Translations under genes and position numbers: made by a program | From: Desulfobacterales bacterium | GTDB lineage: Bacteria; Desulfobacterota; Desulfobacteria; Desulfobacterales; JAFDDL01 | Assembly: GCA_963677545.2 (NCBI GenBank) | Contig: CAXXKH010000003.1 | Location: forward strand, 672,563 to 704,562 | Direction of reading: 5' to 3' | Length of the DNA: 32,000 nucleotides | Shown: positions 31,829 through 32,000 of the stretch, piece after piece | How the letters are laid out: each line of letters begins with the position of its first letter | How positions within the stretch are numbered: position 1 is the stretch's first letter | Notes under the pieces: model-generated | Databases searched by the model: none | What the model was told of the DNA's origin: nothing | The model's input: only the letters and a program-made list of their open reading frames with translations

Positions 31829-32000
31829 GACCAACTCCCAGTTTGGATGACATAGATCCCCAGCAGGAAATTTGTCACGGCATGAGCCAGGATCGGTTCG
31901 AACAGATTTTTGCTCCGATACAAAGTCCAAGCATAAATCATTCCTGCCACAATTCCAACCAGCCACCGATGATGCTCCAATCCAAAAGCGACGGAAATAA
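31829..32000 (-). CDS. CPBP/CAAX-type intramembrane protease, C-terminal 57 codons (5' end beyond window)
   Basis: Not in the ORF track. Hand translation gives ISVAFGLEHHRWLVGIVAGMIYAWTLYRSKNLFEPILAHAVTNFLLGIYVIQTGSWSFW*, with CPBP motifs FxxxH (FGLEH) and HxxxN (HAVTN). Confidence 0.65.

Noticed and set aside
31574-31966. 130-aa minus-strand ORF, with related repeat-encoded ORFs such as 4539..4787 and 29336..29614
   Set aside because: These are translations of the pyrimidine/purine-rich repeat tracts, giving Gly/Arg/Trp- or Pro/Ser/Leu-rich low-complexity products. 31574..31966 also overlaps the real CPBP frame in another frame.
1-32000. tRNA, rRNA, tmRNA or known riboswitch sequences
   Set aside because: I saw no cloverleaf-compatible T-loop or acceptor patterns. 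The only GGTTCGAA is inside the CPBP coding frame. I recognised no conserved riboswitch cores in the long leaders. This is a by-eye negative and should be confirmed with tRNAscan and Rfam scans.

Overview
By gene content this is part of a PEP-CTERM/exosortase-type exopolysaccharide and envelope-export locus. The host looks like a Desulfobacterota/deltaproteobacterium, but that is inference only. All protein-family calls below are by-eye motif recognition; nothing was searched.

Locus genes, mostly on the minus strand:
- a TPR-MMPL/RND exporter (1..1971, missed by the ORF track because it runs off the window)
- an AMIN-domain outer-membrane barrel
- a LolA-like protein
- a Wzz-type chain-length determinant whose cytoplasmic tail is a tyrosine-recombinase-like domain instead of a kinase
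- two tandem PrsT-like TPR proteins
- a PEP-CTERM cargo protein with a sigma-54-type promoter
- a CsgD/LuxR-type regulator
- a secreted hypothetical protein
- a CPBP/CAAX protease fragment at the right edge, also missed by the track

Accessory block (about 10.0-15.8 kb, with a smaller one at 22.4-23.8 kb): it carries TumE/DUF6516-like plus wHTH, HicAB, MNT-HEPN, three PIN/VapC pairs, an RHH plus coiled-coil pair and GxxExxY genes.

Two repeat systems saturate the intergenic DNA:
1. A modular, hairpin-rich, MITE/REPIN-like family with about 40-bp inverted arms and at least 14 copies or fragments. It truncates a HEPN toxin gene and a GxxExxY gene. In one place (2014..2374) it brackets an internally deleted GxxExxY gene.
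2. Strand-asymmetric tracts, pyrimidine-rich on the plus strand, that sit directly 3' of the stop codons of five minus-strand locus genes.

Candidates I consider most novel:
- the Wzz-recombinase-like fusion
- a GNAT (N-acyl amino acid synthase-like) + cNMP-binding + wHTH fusion
- a ThiF-nitroreductase / Zn-ribbon PP-loop ATPase / SDR operon
- the apparent link between the repeat family and GxxExxY PD-(D/E)XK-like genes

No rRNA, tRNA or CRISPR array was recognised.
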